A stretch of DNA of 62,267 nucleotides, the filler included, from Nitrospirae bacterium CG2_30_53_67 (GTDB lineage: Bacteria > CG2-30-53-67): NCBI GenBank assembly GCA_001873285.1. It is 5 parts of 5 records of this genome, joined end to end, with 100 filler letters (N's around TTAATTAATTAA, not from the genome) between each part and the next. Parts side by side here need not be neighbours in the genome. Positions count along the whole stretch, not along the records: positions 12,531 to 27,288 come from MNYV01000012.1; positions 27,389 to 38,973 come from MNYV01000143.1; 3 more parts are not named here. One strand, given 5' to 3'. Shown here one piece after another: positions 18,512 through 28,645 of this stretch. The position numbers and the translations under genes were made by a program. A model generated the notes under the pieces. The model did no database searches. It worked only from the letters and a program-made list of their open reading frames with translations, and was not told the DNA's origin. Numbering within the stretch: position 1 is the first letter of the stretch; each line of letters opens with the position of its first letter.

Positions 18512-19135
18512 TCAGGAGATCGTGCTGGACAGTTTCTTAAAGAGATACTCTCGAAGCCTGTTTTTGTGGTAATAGGATTTCACGACTTCAAACTGGCAGA
18601 AGAGCTGCATGATCTCCCGGTTCTTGTAATGGCAAGCCGTGGACGGAATCTCTTGGGCGGGTTCATGGATGACCATCTCCTGGTCGATGATCTTGTGGCG
18701 CATCACGTGCTTTGCATGGAGTTCTTCCCGGGCATCAAAGAGGGCGATGATGAATCCCCCGCCTTTGAGGAGGACAAAGAGCCTTTCAATCAGGATCCCG
18801 GCATCTTCCGGCTTCATGGCTTCAAAGATGTCCCAGCAAAGGATCCCGTCAAAGGAGGAGAGGGGATAGTTCTGGAGAAATTTCGGTTCGGACGGGGCAT
18901 CCTCTACGGAAGAATTCAGGTAATCGCTCAGGAAGTCCTCCACGTAGATTTTAAAACCTTTTAGTCCGAAGAAACGGATATTGGAATTGCAGGCCGATCC
19001 CATATCCAAAAGGGCCGGATGCTCAAGATGGGAGGTGTTTTCAAAGAAGAAGTCTAAGGTCCGAAGAGGGCTCTTGGTGCACGGTTCGGGTTCCGGAATG
19101 TGGAGCCGGCTTTCTGATCGTGTACTCCATTGCAT
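18512..19135 (-). CDS. Class I SAM-dependent methyltransferase-like protein
   Basis: LLDMG, FDGILCWD, LKGGG. Confidence 0.65.
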   Translation of the reverse strand: MQWSTRSESRLHIPEPEPCTKSPLRTLDFFFENTSHLEHPALLDMGSACNSNIRFFGLKGFKIYVEDFLSDYLNSSVEDAPSEPKFLQNYPLSSFDGILCWDIFEAMKPEDAGILIERLFVLLKGGGFIIALFDAREELHAKHVMRHKIIDQEMVIHEPAQEIPSTACHYKNREIMQLFCQFEVVKSYYHKNRLREYLFKKLSSTIS

Positions 19136-19229
19136 AAACGTTCTTTCAGGTCAATGGCCGCATCATACGTCCGTCCATGCCGGGGGTCTCCCTGAAAACC
19201 ATCGCCATCCGGGAGCGAAAAAATTGTGA

Positions 19230-19748
19230 TTAATGGGCGCCCGCTTTTGCAGCCGAGAGGGAAATGGGTTCCATGGTCTCTTTGATCTTTTCCTTGCCGT
19301 TCTTGCCTTTGAATTCGACATTCAAATTCATGGGTTTTCTTTCGCTTTCCATCTCTATGCTCCCCTTGAATTTGGCGCCGTCTTCAATGACCACACGCGG
19401 GGCGATGATGTTTCCTCTGAGGCTTCCGGTTTTTGTGATCTCGATTTTGTCCTCAGCATAGACATTCCCTTGGACCTCGCCCATGATGGTGATGTTCTTG
19501 GCAAAGACTTCGGCTTCAATCCTTCCATTGGAACCGATGGTCAAATTGTGGTCCTTGAGTTCAATGTTCCCATCCACCTTCCCCTCAACGGTCAGGTCTT
19601 CATTCCCGGTCAGTTCACCCTTGATATAGATGGACTGCCCGATAAAGACGCTTTTCTTTGACAGGTTCTGATCAGGAGCGGGCGTCGAGAATGGGCGCTG
19701 CGGTTCGGGATCCGTTTTCTTGAATGGGGCTTCTTTTCTTTCAAACAT
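19230..19748 (-). CDS. Bactofilin (polymer-forming cytoskeletal protein)
   Basis: IGQSIYIKGEL...L.VEGKVDGNI...IEDGAKFKGSI beta-helix repeats. Confidence 0.92.
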   Translation of the reverse strand: MFERKEAPFKKTDPEPQRPFSTPAPDQNLSKKSVFIGQSIYIKGELTGNEDLTVEGKVDGNIELKDHNLTIGSNGRIEAEVFAKNITIMGEVQGNVYAEDKIEITKTGSLRGNIIAPRVVIEDGAKFKGSIEMESERKPMNLNVEFKGKNGKEKIKETMEPISLSAAKAGAH

Positions 19749-19972
19749 GGGGAATTCCTCCTGAAATGAATAGAAAAAAAGAGCGGGACCCAGGCCTTCT
19801 TTCAGATCCCGTTTATATATATATTTTATTTCAATATCCCCTTATGCGCAAGGGCTCCCTTGCAGGGGATAGAGGATATGATGGGATGATTGGGGATGAT
19901 AGGGATGATTTTTGGTGTAAAACGGACAAGTTACGGTCATTTTAAGAAAAATGAAGTCATGCTAAGAAATCA

Positions 19973-20000
19973 TTGACTTTTCTGAAAGCTCTGGTAGTAT
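19973..20000 (+). promoter_or_regulatory. Putative tRNA promoter
   Basis: TTGACT, 16 nt, TAGTAT, just upstream of the tRNA. Confidence 0.5.
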
Positions 20001-20014
20001 TTGCAGCAGAGAGT

Positions 20015-20089
20015 GGGCGATTAACTCAGCGGTAGAGTGCCATCTTCACACGGTGGAAGTCGCCGGTTCGAACCCGGCATCGCCCACCA
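20015..20089 (+). tRNA. tRNA-Val (CAC)
   Basis: Acceptor stem GGGCGAT/ATCGCCC, anticodon arm CCATC-TTCACAC-GGTGG, GGTTCGAA T-loop, encoded CCA. Confidence 0.96.
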
Positions 20090-20138
20090 TTTTTATTACT
20101 TCCTGAGATGTGATGGTTCTTCATTCCTGAATGCACTT

Positions 20139-22190
20139 TCATCCCCGGCCGGACTTCATGGACGAGATCTTCTTGAGCCACGAGACCACGCCGGGGGTTG
20201 CGAGCCAGACTTCGCGCATCTGCTCACGGTAGAACCAGGCCTCATCGTCTCCACCCAAGGTTACCCAACTCGGATGCATTTCGGGCTTGCGTACACGTTT
20301 TGCGATCAGATAATGAAGGACTTTGGGGCGTGATTTTACAGCCCGTCGTGCTGCCTCCCCGGCCTCCACGAGACGGTCCATCCGGTAGAGGGCCAGGACG
20401 CGGCCATAAAGCAGTTCCGGACTTCCGTCATCGGGATACCGGTCGGCAAGTTGCAAAGCCTTCTGTTCCTCCCCTGATCGAAGACAATGATCCATGACCA
20501 GGCAGCGGAAACCGTGATTGTCATTCGGATTCAAGGCGAGCATCTGCTCAGCGAGTTTCATCGCCTCCCGGTCATCACCGCGCTGCACGCAGAGCGACGT
20601 CAGCCGCGCAAGAAGTCGAAGAGGAGGCCGGTTTTCCACAAAGCCCCAGTTGAGACGCAGGCCGGGATGTTTACGCAAAACGGCATCTATGATCGCATGC
20701 GCACGGCGGAGCAAAGGTTCCAAAAGCACATTTTCCAGAAATGGGAGGTCGGATTCGGGATGCATATAAACCGCAGTGGCCAGATCGTCTATGATCTCCA
20801 GGCTGTCAAAGGCCTGCGGATGATCTTCAAGGAATTCCATCCAGTCATCCTCCTCGCCGGGGTCCCAGATATCTTGGTTTTCAAAGGGATAAGGGTTGAC
20901 GGAAAAGGGCTTGCCCAAGGGGACAACCTCTTGCCATCCCTCTTCAAGTTCCTCGATCTCCTCGGAAGGCATAAGAAGCATTTCGGGATCCCGGCTCCGG
21001 GATTCCTCATCGCCGGTTTCATCTTCCAGCGCTTTAAACTGTCTTTGCCATGCCGCCTCCAGTTTTGGAATCTGGCCCAAAGGGATTCCCAATTTTTTCA
21101 TTCGATCCGCTGTGCCGGACAAGGAATCTCCCATTAGATCGGATCCAGGCGTATCCGTCACCACAAAATAGAGCGGCACAGGGCGGTCAGCCGCTTTCCG
21201 GATCCACTGTTTGAGCCTTTCCACGGCGCTCCCTGTGGTCTCAGAACCCACGTTAGATAGAGCCGCCACAGGGTCTTGACTCGCTTCTATCAGGAAATTG
21301 AGAGGAGTTTCATCCTCTTTGTAGCCAAGCCTTTGCAGGCGTTTGGCCGGAAACCGAGACCGCTCTCGAGCCTCATCCGTTCTTTTCTCCGCGACCAATA
21401 AATGGACCTCGAGAACGCCGATCATGGGATTGTCAGGGTCATCACTTCGGGCTTTTTGAAAAGCGTCCCATGCCCCCTGATGATCCCCCTGATCCATGCG
21501 AATGGCGGCCAGGCGCTGGTAAGCCCCGGCGCGAAGGGGGGAAGCAGGCGCAGTGCCGATGACTTGTTGAATGAGCTTTTGCTTTTTCGCGTAGGAGCCA
21601 AGCTCATCATAAAGATTGAAGACCATCTCCAAAGCGAATTCATGCAGACTGTCCGTGCCGGCCATTTCACCGTGAAATAGCGGCAGAAGGAGCGACAAGG
21701 CCTTTTTGGGCTGTCCGTGATCCCGGAGGTCTTCCGCCTTATCCACAAGAGATTCAATGGGGATCTTCCGCGCTGCCAAAAGCTGCTGCACCGTATCCCG
21801 GGGCAGCTTCTCCAGCACCAGGGGCCACAGGGTCTGCACATGAAGCGGCGGCAGCGCAGGAAGCGACGCGCAGCACTTCTTGTATTTTGCTCCGGACCCA
21901 CAGGGGCAGGGGTCGTTCCTGCCCGGAGTGGGAAGTGGGGAAGGCCGGAAACCGTTTCCGGGGAGCGGGACGGCGTTCCAGACCGCACGGGATAGAATTG
22001 TCGCCAGGGCGTGAAGAGCTTGCGGCGCCTCTAAGGGGAACATCCCCTCCCCCATGTAGTCAGGCAGCTTCACCTGAAGCCATTGCCTGTATCGTTCATA
22101 GTCCTCGTGTTTTAAAATCTCCGAAACGGAATTACTCAGCAGCTTTTCAGATTTGATCTCTTTGAAGTTATCCATACCCGTATTCATCAT
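20139..22190 (-). CDS. SEC-C motif and TPR-like repeat protein
   Basis: GRNDPCPCGSGAKYKKCC; helical repeats; LNPNDNHGFR motif. Confidence 0.75.
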   Translation of the reverse strand: MMNTGMDNFKEIKSEKLLSNSVSEILKHEDYERYRQWLQVKLPDYMGEGMFPLEAPQALHALATILSRAVWNAVPLPGNGFRPSPLPTPGRNDPCPCGSGAKYKKCCASLPALPPLHVQTLWPLVLEKLPRDTVQQLLAARKIPIESLVDKAEDLRDHGQPKKALSLLLPLFHGEMAGTDSLHEFALEMVFNLYDELGSYAKKQKLIQQVIGTAPASPLRAGAYQRLAAIRMDQGDHQGAWDAFQKARSDDPDNPMIGVLEVHLLVAEKRTDEARERSRFPAKRLQRLGYKEDETPLNFLIEASQDPVAALSNVGSETTGSAVERLKQWIRKAADRPVPLYFVVTDTPGSDLMGDSLSGTADRMKKLGIPLGQIPKLEAAWQRQFKALEDETGDEESRSRDPEMLLMPSEEIEELEEGWQEVVPLGKPFSVNPYPFENQDIWDPGEEDDWMEFLEDHPQAFDSLEIIDDLATAVYMHPESDLPFLENVLLEPLLRRAHAIIDAVLRKHPGLRLNWGFVENRPPLRLLARLTSLCVQRGDDREAMKLAEQMLALNPNDNHGFRCLVMDHCLRSGEEQKALQLADRYPDDGSPELLYGRVLALYRMDRLVEAGEAARRAVKSRPKVLHYLIAKRVRKPEMHPSWVTLGGDDEAWFYREQMREVWLATPGVVSWLKKISSMKSGRG

Positions 22191-22389
22191 TCACGCTCCT
22201 CTTTATGACCGGGAGGCTAACCCGTCTTTTTTCCCCTTGATCCCCTCATGCAGTCTGGCCGACTTGCCCTCCTTGTCCCGATCTATCGGGACGTTTTACC
22301 GGGGAATGTTTTTTAAAAAGATCCTCTAACCGTAAAATACCCTATCATAAAAAAGCCGTACATTAAAGATGAATTTGCCTTTTGCAGAC

Positions 22390-23207
22390 TCAGAAGGTCA
22401 GATTCTCAAGCGGGGTATACGGGAGGCCCAGGGATTTGGAGACCAGGGGATGGGTCAGATGCCCTTTGTGTGTGTTAACCCCCTTATACAATGCCTTTGA
22501 CTTTTTCAGGGCCTTGGCGAGGCCGGCATCAGCGATCTCCGAAAGGTAGGGGAGGGTCACATTGGTCAGGGCGAATGTGGAGGTCTTGGCTACGGCGCTG
22601 GGGATATTGGTGACGGCGTAGTGGATGACATTGTCCACTTCATAGACCGGGTCGGAGTGCGTGGTGGGCCGGGTGGTCTCGATGCAGCCCCCCTGGTCCA
22701 CGGCCACATCCACCACCACGGAGCCCCCTTCCATGGAGCGGATCATCTCTCTCGTCACCACCTTGGGCGCTCTCGCGCCGGCGATGAGCACGGCGCCGAT
22801 CAGGAGGTCGGCCCTGGCCACGGCGTTTGATATATTTTTCTTGATTGCCGTCAGGGTGGTGATGTTTCCCTGAAAATAATCATCATGAGAAATTCGGTGA
22901 GGGAGGGGTTTGCAGCCAGGTGGAGGAAGGTGAAGAGGGTCTGTCCTTCCCTGAAGAGGTCGTATTCAGCAGGGAGGGGCTCCTTGACCTTGAGGATCAG
23001 TTCCGATTCGCTGAACAGGGTGCGAAGGTCGGTCAGGATCTTCCCCCCGGCCTCTTCAAATTCATGATCCGGGATCCCGCTTCCCACGCCGGCCCCCTCC
23101 TGGATCAGGACCTGATGGCCGGATTCGGTAAGGTCTTCCACCCCCGCGGGTGTAATGGATACGCGGCGCTCGCCGTCCTTGATCTCCCTTGGGACCCCGA
23201 TGATCAT
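22390..23207 (-). pseudogene. ald: Alanine dehydrogenase with internal deletion and frameshift
   Basis: N-part MIIGVPREIK..E.RV, KVKEP, FTFLHLAA; C-part DDYFQGNITTL...DVAVDQGGCIET..PTTH in another frame; junction near 22884. Confidence 0.9.
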
Positions 23208-24034
23208 CGGATCTCCTGTTCCTCCTTGAGGACCAGATTCCCATACAGATTCATCCGCCGGTCCTTAAAGAAGCCGCTCTGCGTCCTGGCCTCGGCGATT
23301 ATGGAGAGGTCAATATCAACCAGCGAGATGCCTTCCTGAATGCCGATGGGATCGGCGAGCAGTTCGCCGTAGGGATTTACACAAAAACTCCCGCCGTAGA
23401 AATCAAGGCCATGGTCGTGTCCTGCCCGGTTGACCCGAAAAACAAAAAGGTTGTTGACGAAGGCGTTGGCGGAGATGACGTGGAGCCATCTCTCCTGCGA
23501 GGCATAGGCCGCCGCGGTCGGAGCGAAGATGATTTCGGCCCCGCCGAGGGCCAGGGCCCTCGATCCTTCGGGGAAGAAATTATCCCAGCAGAGCTGAATG
23601 CCGATCTTCCCGCAGGCTGTGTCCATCACAAGGAACCCGGACTCGCCGGGTTGAAAATAATATTTTTCATTCCAGCCGGGGATAGAGGGGATATGGGCTT
23701 TTTGATAAACCCCGATGGCCGTCCCGTTCGCATCAAAGACCGCGGCCGAGCTGAAGGTTTTTTCCCCCTTCCTTTCAAAGAAGGGACAGATCAGCACGAC
23801 CTTATGGTCACGCGCCGCCTCACGAAACGGGTTAAGAATTTCGTGATCAAGGGGAATGGCATGATTGAATGCCTCTGGGGTTTCCTCTTTCAGAAACCAG
23901 GGGAGGAAGAAGATCTGAGGAAAACAGATGATCCTGGCCCCACTCTCGGCGGCATGGCCGATATAACGGACGGCCTTCCGGATGTTTCGATCAATATCAT
24001 CGGAACAGAAAATCTGTATGCCGGCGATCTTGAT
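23204..24034 (-). CDS. Carbon-nitrogen hydrolase (nitrilase superfamily, AguB-like)
   Basis: Frame extends upstream of the track start to IKIAGIQ...IICFPQ; YQKAHIP, EKYYF.PG, QLCWD.FFPE. Confidence 0.85.
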   Translation of the reverse strand: MKIAGIQIFCSDDIDRNIRKAVRYIGHAAESGARIICFPQIFFLPWFLKEETPEAFNHAIPLDHEILNPFREAARDHKVVLICPFFERKGEKTFSSAAVFDANGTAIGVYQKAHIPSIPGWNEKYYFQPGESGFLVMDTACGKIGIQLCWDNFFPEGSRALALGGAEIIFAPTAAAYASQERWLHVISANAFVNNLFVFRVNRAGHDHGLDFYGGSFCVNPYGELLADPIGIQEGISLVDIDLSIIAEARTQSGFFKDRRMNLYGNLVLKEEQEIR

Positions 24035-24105
24035 GGCGGCTCTCCTTGTAACAGGTTGACTTATCTTCGCCGCTCTGCACGGAGCGACTGAATTCGTAAT
24101 TACAT

Positions 24106-24268
24106 GTCATTGTCCGGCTCGACCTGTCTGCCGTGACATCGGCACAGGCAGGCCGGACAATCCATGGTTCGACAAGCTCACCATGACAATTGTCACCCTG
24201 AGCCTGTCGAAGGGTGGATTCCCCGATCAAGCATGCCCTCCGACTTGATCGGAGGGTCGGGGAATGAC
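24106..24268. repeat. Nested REP-like palindromic composite
   Basis: Outer GTCATTGTCCGGCTCGA..CCGGACAATCCA and TGGATTCCCCGATCAAG..GTCGGGGAATGAC; inner TTCGACAAGCTCACCATGAC / GTCACCCTGAGCCTGTCGAA pair; two small palindromic inserts. Confidence 0.8.
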
Positions 24269-24312
24269 GTTGTTTGTTGATTCATGGCGCCATGCACAGT
24301 TCTGCTTCGGCC

Positions 24313-26937
24313 TCATTTCCCGCAGCATTTCTTGTATTTTTTCCCGCTCCCGCAGGTGCAGGGTTCGTTTCTGCCGATCTTCTTTCCCTTGACCACGGTC
24401 TGTACCTTGGCGGCCCCGCCGCCCTCGCCGCGGCTGTAATAGACCTCCTGTGAGTGTTTCGGCTTCTCCATCTCTACGGCTTCAGGGCGTTCGATCTTGA
24501 GGTGGAAAAGCAGGGTCAGGGCATTTTCATTGATCCGGTCCAGGGTCTCCTGGAACATGTTGAACCCTTCTTTCTTGTACTCTAAGAGGGGGTCCCTCTG
24601 CCCGTAGCCTCGGAGGCCGATCCCTTCTTTGAGATGGTCCATGGCCAGAAGGTGGTCCTTCCACTGGGTATCGAGAGATTGGAGCAGGACCATCTGCTCG
24701 ACCTGACGCATGAAGGACTCCCCGAGCTCAAGTTCCTTCTGATAATGCGTATTGGCGACATGGGTCTTGAGTTTTTCCGATAGATCTTCAGGCTCCATCC
24801 CCTGAATTTCATTTTCGTCAAAGGGGAGCTGAAGATGAAAGACCCTGTGATAAAAATCCTTCAGCCCGTCAACGTCCCATCGGCGGCCTTTTTTCTTATC
24901 TTCCGTGTAGGTCTGAATGGACCTCTGTAAAACTTCACCAATGGTTTCCTGGATGATATCCTTGACATATTCTCCCTCAATGATCTCTTTACGCAGGGCG
25001 TAGATCGACTCCCGCTGCTGGTTCATGACATTATCGTATTCCAGGAGCTGCTTTCTGATGTTGAAGTTCTGGGATTCGACCTTCTTCTGGGCATTCTCGA
25101 TGGCCTTGGTCACCATCCGGTTCTCGATGGGGACGTCCTCCTCGATGCCGAGACGGTTCATGATGGAGGAAATCCTCTCCGCGCCGAAGATCCGAAGGAG
25201 ATCGTCTTCCAGGGAAAGGTAGAACCGGGAAGATCCCGGATCGCCCTGGCGGCCGCATCGGCCTCGGAGCTGGTTGTCGATTCTCCGGCTTTCGTGCCTT
25301 TCGGTGCCCAATATATGAAGCCCGCCCTCTTTGACGACCTTCTCGTGCTCTTCCCGGCACTGGACTCTGAAGTGTTCAAGGAGGGTCTCATATTTTTCGG
25401 TTCCCTCCTCGGCGGAGGCTGTGGCCAGGAACTCAGGGTTGCCGCCGAGCACAATATCGGTGCCCCGGCCTGCCATATTGGTGGCGATGGTGACCGATCC
25501 GAACCGCCCGGCCTGGGCTACGATCTCGGCTTCTTTTTCGTGATGTTTTGCATTCAGCACATGGTGGGAGATGCTGGACTTTTTAAGGTAGGCGGAGAGC
25601 TTTTCGGAATTTTCGATGGAGATGGTGCCGACCAGGACCGGCTGTCCGCGCCTCCGGCATTCCTCGATCTCGGTGACAACCGCCTTGAACTTTTCTTTTT
25701 CGGTCTTGTAGATCAAATCGTGAAAGTCGTTCCGGATCATGGGCTGATTGGTCGGGATGACGATGACCTCGAGGTTATAGATCTTTTGAAACTCCTCGGC
25801 CTCGGTGTCGGCGGTTCCGGTCATGCCCGCCAGTTTTTTGTACATCCGGAAATAATTCTGGAAGGTGATGCTGGCCAGGGTCTGGTTCTCCCGTTCGATC
25901 TTGACTCCTTCCTTGGCCTCCAGGGCCTGATGAAGCCCGTCGCTGTATCTTCTTCCGGGCATGAGGCGCCCGGTGAACTCGTCCACAATGAGCACCTCAT
26001 TGTCCTTGACCACGTAATCCGTGTCCCGTTTGAACAGGGTGTGGGCCTTGAGGGCCTGGTTCACATGGTGGACCAGTTCGATGTTGGATGCATCATAGAG
26101 GTTCTTCACACCGAGGTAGTTTTCTACCTTCTCGTTTCCTTCTTCGGTCAGGGCCGCGGTGCGGGCCTTCTCGTCCACGGTGTAGTCCGTGTCTTTTTCC
26201 AGCCTGGGGATGATTTTGTCGATCTTGTAGTACTTGTCCGTGGATTCTTCGGTCGGACCGGAGATAATGAGCGGCGTGCGGGCCTCGTCGATCAGGATGC
26301 TGTCCACCTCGTCTACGATCGCGTAGTTGAAATCACGCTGAACATAATCCTTCAGACGGAACTTCATGTTGTCCCGCAGATAGTCAAACCCGAATTCGTT
26401 GTTGGTTCCATAGGTGATGTCCGCATGGTAAGCGGTTTTTCTCTCTTCGTCCGACAGGCCATGCACAATACAGCCTACGGTCATCCCGAGGAAGGTATAG
26501 ATCTTTCCCATCCACCGGCTGTCCCTTCCGGCCAGGTAATCGTTTACCGTGACCACGTGGACACCCTTGCCCTCGAGGGCGTTTAAGTAGACCGGAAGGG
26601 TTGCGACCAGGGTCTTTCCTTCCCCGGTCTTCATCTCGGCAATCCGTCCCTGGTGCAGGACGATCCCGCCGATGAGCTGCACATCGAAATGACGCATGGA
26701 GAGGGTCCGGACCGAAGCCTCTCGCACCACGGCAAAGGCCTCGCACAGAAGATCGTCTATGGTCTCCCCTTTTTGCAGGCGGTCTTTAAATTCCAGGGTT
26801 TTTTTGGCGATCTCCGCATCGGACAAGGCTTTAATTCCAGGTTCCAGGGCGTTGATCCGGCCCACAAACGGTTTGATCTTCTTCAGCTCCCGTTCGTTCC
26901 GGGTGCCCATGATTTTTTTCAGGATATAGGCGATCAT
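24313..26937 (-). CDS. secA: Preprotein translocase subunit SecA
   Basis: [40 protein letters not shown]-terminal SEC-C. Confidence 0.98.
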   Translation of the reverse strand: MIAYILKKIMGTRNERELKKIKPFVGRINALEPGIKALSDAEIAKKTLEFKDRLQKGETIDDLLCEAFAVVREASVRTLSMRHFDVQLIGGIVLHQGRIAEMKTGEGKTLVATLPVYLNALEGKGVHVVTVNDYLAGRDSRWMGKIYTFLGMTVGCIVHGLSDEERKTAYHADITYGTNNEFGFDYLRDNMKFRLKDYVQRDFNYAIVDEVDSILIDEARTPLIISGPTEESTDKYYKIDKIIPRLEKDTDYTVDEKARTAALTEEGNEKVENYLGVKNLYDASNIELVHHVNQALKAHTLFKRDTDYVVKDNEVLIVDEFTGRLMPGRRYSDGLHQALEAKEGVKIERENQTLASITFQNYFRMYKKLAGMTGTADTEAEEFQKIYNLEVIVIPTNQPMIRNDFHDLIYKTEKEKFKAVVTEIEECRRRGQPVLVGTISIENSEKLSAYLKKSSISHHVLNAKHHEKEAEIVAQAGRFGSVTIATNMAGRGTDIVLGGNPEFLATASAEEGTEKYETLLEHFRVQCREEHEKVVKEGGLHILGTERHESRRIDNQLRGRCGRQGDPGSSRFYLSLEDDLLRIFGAERISSIMNRLGIEEDVPIENRMVTKAIENAQKKVESQNFNIRKQLLEYDNVMNQQRESIYALRKEIIEGEYVKDIIQETIGEVLQRSIQTYTEDKKKGRRWDVDGLKDFYHRVFHLQLPFDENEIQGMEPEDLSEKLKTHVANTHYQKELELGESFMRQVEQMVLLQSLDTQWKDHLLAMDHLKEGIGLRGYGQRDPLLEYKKEGFNMFQETLDRINENALTLLFHLKIERPEAVEMEKPKHSQEVYYSRGEGGGAAKVQTVVKGKKIGRNEPCTCGSGKKYKKCCGK

Positions 26938-26955
26938 TGCATCATTTCCATGTTA

Positions 26956-27219
26956 GGTTCTTCTCCCATTTGGTGGGTAAAAAAGGGTTCGAGGGTTCCA
27001 GAACCTATAGAGATCCAGGGTTCAAGGGTTCCAGGGTTCAAGGATTCAAGTGGTTTTTTTGATTTCTGTTACCCTTCAGTTTTTTCTATGCTTTTCACTT
27101 GGACCCTAAGCCCCTTGACCCCTCGGACCCTTGAGTTTTTAAAAAGCACTTCACTTGACCCCTGGAATCCTTGACCCCTTGACCCCTGATGTTTTCACCC
27201 ACTCTTTTAGAGATGATTC
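26956..27219. mobile_element. GGGTCAAG-repeat element, copy B
   Basis: GGTTCTTCTCCCATTTGGTGGGTAAAAA ... TGATGTTTTCACCCACTCTTTTAGAGATGATTC; internal spacer differs from A/C/E. Confidence 0.85.
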
Positions 27220-27288
27220 TTTTTTTTAAATGGCGGGGTTGGAACCCAAATCCTTACGTCTGATTGGGGACCTGGGACATTTTATTGG

Positions 27289-27388
27289 NNNNNNNNNNNN
27301 NNNNNNNNNNNNNNNNNNNNNNNNNNNNNNNNTTAATTAATTAANNNNNNNNNNNNNNNNNNNNNNNNNNNNNNNNNNNNNNNNNNNN
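27289..27388. other. Assembly gap spacer
   Basis: N44-TTAATTAATTAA-N44. Confidence 0.98.
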
Positions 27389-27574
27389 TGGGTCAAGGGG
27401 TCAAGGATTCCAGGGGTCAAGTGAAGTGCTAAAAACATAAGGGGCCGAGGGTCATAGGGTTCAAGGATTCCAGTGTTTTTCTCTGGAGATTTTGCTTGCG
27501 TTTAAGTATTTCACTTGACCCCTTGAACCCTGGAATCCTCGAACCCTTTTTACCCACTAAATGGGAGAAGAACC
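27389..27574. mobile_element. GGGTCAAG-repeat element, copy C (inverted, truncated by gap)
   Basis: Ends TACCCACTAAATGGGAGAAGAACC; shares spacer CTGGAGATTTTGCTTGCG with copies A and E. Confidence 0.85.
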
Positions 27575-27691
27575 ATATTTTTTAACTTCCTCCCGAAACG
27601 GTGACAGAACACGCCAGGACGGCTTGCTCAAAAAGATGTGTAAACCCCGCCATAAAGCGCTGGAATAACGGTGTAAAAAGGAGATCCGGAA

Positions 27692-27925
27692 TTGCTGATC
27701 GACGGCAGGGGAGAGGATGAATCCGTTCCCTACGAAAGGCTAAGAACATTGATCACCCAGGAGGCCTGTCTCCTGAGCGACTTCATTGAAGTTCTGGTGG
27801 ACCGGGAGAGTTCGGCAAAGAAGATCAACATCCTGGCGAGCCTCGCGGGATATGAGACGGCCATCGAAAAAAGAGAGGGGCACTGGGCACTGAAGGTCGA
27901 TACCCGTCACCGGCGGTGCCGGTAA
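27692..27925 (+). CDS. Small TusA/SirA-like protein lacking the CPxP motif
   Basis: IDGRG...IEVLVD...GY...W pattern; 77 aa; AGGAG RBS before TTG. Confidence 0.5.
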   Translation: MLIDGRGEDESVPYERLRTLITQEACLLSDFIEVLVDRESSAKKINILASLAGYETAIEKREGHWALKVDTRHRRCR

Positions 27926-28003
27926 TGGAGAGTGCATGGAAAATGGTTTGCCCGGCCGTGACCTGCTTTTCTTTTGACGGCCATTAACAGGGAGGGAAAT
28001 CCG

Positions 28004-28297
28004 GTGGAATATCGCAATAAGATCCGGAAACCTGTGAATTTCTCTTTCCAGTACACCCTGAAGGACGATCCTTCCGGATATCAGATCAAGGACGGCAAGG
28101 TTGTGGATCACAGCGAAAAAGGAATCCGTTTTGAAGCTATGGAGAAGCTCCCGATCGGGACAAGGCTCAGGCTGATCTTCAAAAATCCAGACCCCACCAT
28201 CCAGGATTTCCGGCTCAAACCTGAGGGGGTTGTGGTCTGGAGCATCCAGCCCGATCCCAAAGAACCGGTTTTCCGGGTCGGGCTGAAATATCTTTAA
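28004..28297 (+). CDS. PilZ domain protein
   Basis: RxxxR (RNKIR), DxSxxG (DHSEKG), VVW, VGLKY; GTG after GGAGG. Confidence 0.8.
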   Translation: MEYRNKIRKPVNFSFQYTLKDDPSGYQIKDGKVVDHSEKGIRFEAMEKLPIGTRLRLIFKNPDPTIQDFRLKPEGVVVWSIQPDPKEPVFRVGLKYL

Positions 28298-28578
28298 CGA
28301 TCGCTTCCTTCCGGTGTTGCCGCAGCGTCATCCCCGGTTGGTCCTTTCATAGAAGAATCCATCAATTTCTGCCGGCTGGATGCCCCCATGGATGATAGAT
28401 CCGATATAAAATAAAATACACCTGCCAGGATCACGGCAACCAACAGAACGCCGAACCCGAGTTTGGGGCTCCGGTAAAAAATAAAAACAAGGAGCACGGC
28501 TACAACGATGACATAGGGTTGATTGGCGTGGTAATAGTTCACAGCATAGTTCATGATCTGAGTGATATCCATATACAT
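28294..28578 (-). CDS. Small two-TM hypothetical membrane protein
   Basis: Two hydrophobic helices; GGAGG RBS. Confidence 0.65.
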   Translation of the reverse strand: MYMDITQIMNYAVNYYHANQPYVIVVAVLLVFIFYRSPKLGFGVLLVAVILAGVFYFISDLSSMGASSRQKLMDSSMKGPTGDDAAATPEGSDR

Positions 28579-28645
28579 TCCTCCCTGAGTGATTTCATTA
28601 TATCACAGGCCGGTGAAATTTCGAATCAAACAGTGGAGGAAGGGT

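Noticed and set aside
22275..22292. Small palindrome GTCCCGAT-ct-ATCGGGAC
   Set aside because: Single short instance; cannot distinguish a mini-repeat from an operator or chance
20015..22300. Integrative element at tRNA-Val
   Set aside because: No integrase and no duplicated tRNA 3' end found
22851..22890. Programmed frameshift in ald
   Set aside because: About 100 codons are missing, so a frameshift could not restore the enzyme
25294..26586. Long antisense ORFs (also 6906-8165, 14055-15140, 49051-50304, 51373-52365)
   Set aside because: Shadow frames of GC-rich genes with no recognisable motifs
26956..27574. GGGTCAAG arrays as a CRISPR array
   Set aside because: Units are 8-9 nt and degenerate, with no unique 30-40-nt spacers and no cas genes
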